Assembly: GCA_964414145.1 (NCBI GenBank)
Contig: CAYPVH010000002.1
Span: 1 to 57,368, forward strand
Direction: 5' to 3'
From: an uncultured Gammaproteobacteria bacterium
GTDB lineage: Bacteria > Patescibacteriota > Microgenomatia > UBA1406
Length of the DNA stretch: 57,368 bases
Each line of letters begins with the position of its first letter. Within the stretch, counting starts at the first letter, position 1. The notes beneath the pieces were generated by a model, which saw only the letters and a list, made by a program, of their open reading frames with translations, was not told where the DNA came from and did no database searches. This document shows positions 56,066 through 57,368 of this stretch, one piece after another. The position numbers and the translations under genes are program-made.

Positions 56066-57291
56066 CTTTTGATAATGTTTTTGTAATAGTAGTAACCAAA
56101 AAACAAAGTACCTGTTAGTTCGGTAATAACGGTAAGGTAAGCCGAGGCATAATAACCAAAACTTGGTATTAACAAAATATTCAGCAATACGTTAAATAGA
56201 GCTAGGCATGCGAATATGAAGGCAACAGTTTTTGTTTGATTATTTGCGTAAAGCGAAATAATAAAAACACTACTTACCAACTGAAAGGGTAAAGCCATTA
56301 TAAGAATATTTAAAAGTGGTATTGAATTAGTGTATTTATTAGAAAAGAAAGTGTTGATTAATAGTGGTCCTATTAGCCAAACAATGAAGACAATTGCCAA
56401 AGAAATAGCTAATAGAAAAATAATATCTTTTCTTACTTTACTTAAAATTTTTTTTCTTTCTTTTTTAAATAGTTCTTGGTAAATAGGCAAGCTGCTTAAG
56501 TTAAAATTTGCAACCAAGAGTAGTGGCACTTCGAAAAATTTAAATGCTGCCGAATACACGGCTAAGCTGTTGTTACCTATTATTTTGCTTAATATTATAA
56601 AGTCGGATTTAAAATAAATTGAAGCAAAAAATGAAATAACAGAAAATATTATTGACTTTTTAATAATATTTTTAATTTGAGTAAAGCTGAAAGTAAAGGT
56701 GATATCAAATAAATATTTTCTAATAAAAAAGAAAAGAATAATTCCGTATAAAGCGTAGCAAAGCGCTGTTATTTTTAGCACAATGTAAATGTCTTTAGTA
56801 ATTAAAAGAGTAGAAATATTTGCGCCAGACACGAAAATATTAAATACCACAGATGTAATTGCGGGTATATGCAGTTCTTTTTTTAATGAAGAAATTATTA
56901 ATAAAAAACCTGAAACAGTATTTGATAAATATAAACCAAAAAAGAGTGCGATTATTACGATTATTTCGGCTGGGTAATTAATAACAATAGATGCAACTAG
57001 AGTACTAATAAAAATAATAACAGACAAAATAAGCCGAAGACCAAAAATGTTGTTTAAAACCAACTTATTTTTTGTATTTCCCTGAAGCAGACCGTAGGAA
57101 GTAGTACCCAAGTCTTGCCAAGCTCCCAGTAATCCCAGGTGCGCCCACACCAAGCTGTAAATTCCGAATGATTCGGGCGAAAGTATTCGAACAAGTAGTA
57201 TTACATAAACAAAGCTAATTGCCTTATTAACAACCGAAGACACGTTTAAAGAACTATAATTAATTAAGAATTTTTTCGATATCAGTTTCAT
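56062..57291 (-). CDS. Wzx-type polysaccharide flippase
   Basis: RILSPESFGIYS, DLG, YFKSDFIIL, YSAA.K; about 12 TM. Confidence 0.92.
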   Translation of the reverse strand: MKLISKKFLINYSSLNVSSVVNKAISFVYVILLVRILSPESFGIYSLVWAHLGLLGAWQDLGTTSYGLLQGNTKNKLVLNNIFGLRLILSVIIFISTLVASIVINYPAEIIVIIALFFGLYLSNTVSGFLLIISSLKKELHIPAITSVVFNIFVSGANISTLLITKDIYIVLKITALCYALYGIILFFFIRKYLFDITFTFSFTQIKNIIKKSIIFSVISFFASIYFKSDFIILSKIIGNNSLAVYSAAFKFFEVPLLLVANFNLSSLPIYQELFKKERKKILSKVRKDIIFLLAISLAIVFIVWLIGPLLINTFFSNKYTNSIPLLNILIMALPFQLVSSVFIISLYANNQTKTVAFIFACLALFNVLLNILLIPSFGYYASAYLTVITELTGTLFFGYYYYKNIIKR

Positions 57292-57368
57292 ATTTTTTAC
57301 CTTTAAAAAAATCCAGATAAGCCGCTATTTTAAGCTTGTTAATATTGCTTTTGTGCCCCTTGTATTCT
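57260..57368 (-). CDS. C-terminal fragment of an upstream gene (probably another glycosyltransferase), truncated by window edge
   Basis: Open frame EYKGHKSNINKLKIAAYLDFFKGKKYETDIEKILN* overlapping the flippase start. Confidence 0.45.
   Translation of the reverse strand, partial: EYKGHKSNINKLKIAAYLDFFKGKKYETDIEKILN

Noticed and set aside
1-57368. CRISPR array, diversity-generating retroelement, intron/intein, rRNA, recoded TGA
   Set aside because: No regularly spaced repeats, RT, TR/VR pair or insertions in core genes seen; TGA acts as a stop in conserved genes (rpsE, htpX).

Overview
A chromosomal window from an AT-rich bacterium, inferred to be CPR/Patescibacteria (Microgenomates-like). 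The inference rests on rpmD being absent between rpsE and rplO, SD-less A-rich start contexts and the gene content. Code 11 is used. Layout: (1) 0.3-8.0 kb envelope/redox block (ZIP, hydrolase, His phosphatase, DsbA, GT2, WecA-like, PEGA-SH3); (2) a palindrome-rich 0.73 kb spacer, then a stand-alone tuf and the full S10-spc-alpha supercluster through rplM-rpsI (8.8-26.1 kb), whose adk is fused to a second P-loop kinase; (3) LysM, VanW, sugar-binding protein and a large secreted protein (26-31.6 kb); (4) a patchwork accessory region (31.7-49.6 kb) around tRNA-Asp; (5) lemA-htpX, tRNA-Thr and a surface-glycan operon running off the right edge. Most notable observation: two 0.56-0.70 kb GC-rich single-gene cassettes (40481-41044, 44253-44950). 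Each is bounded by 13-bp inverted repeats starting ACC(C/A)AAGAG, they share a GAGCTGGCC-loop-GGCCAGT hairpin, and each carries an SD-led gene for a small exported protein. They sit on either side of an AT-rich HEPN + PIN module next to tRNA-Asp. Also seen: widespread apparently leaderless promoters, a terminator/antiterminator switch between rpsJ and rplC, and two unannotated small-peptide genes. All family assignments come from motif recognition by eye; no database searches were run.
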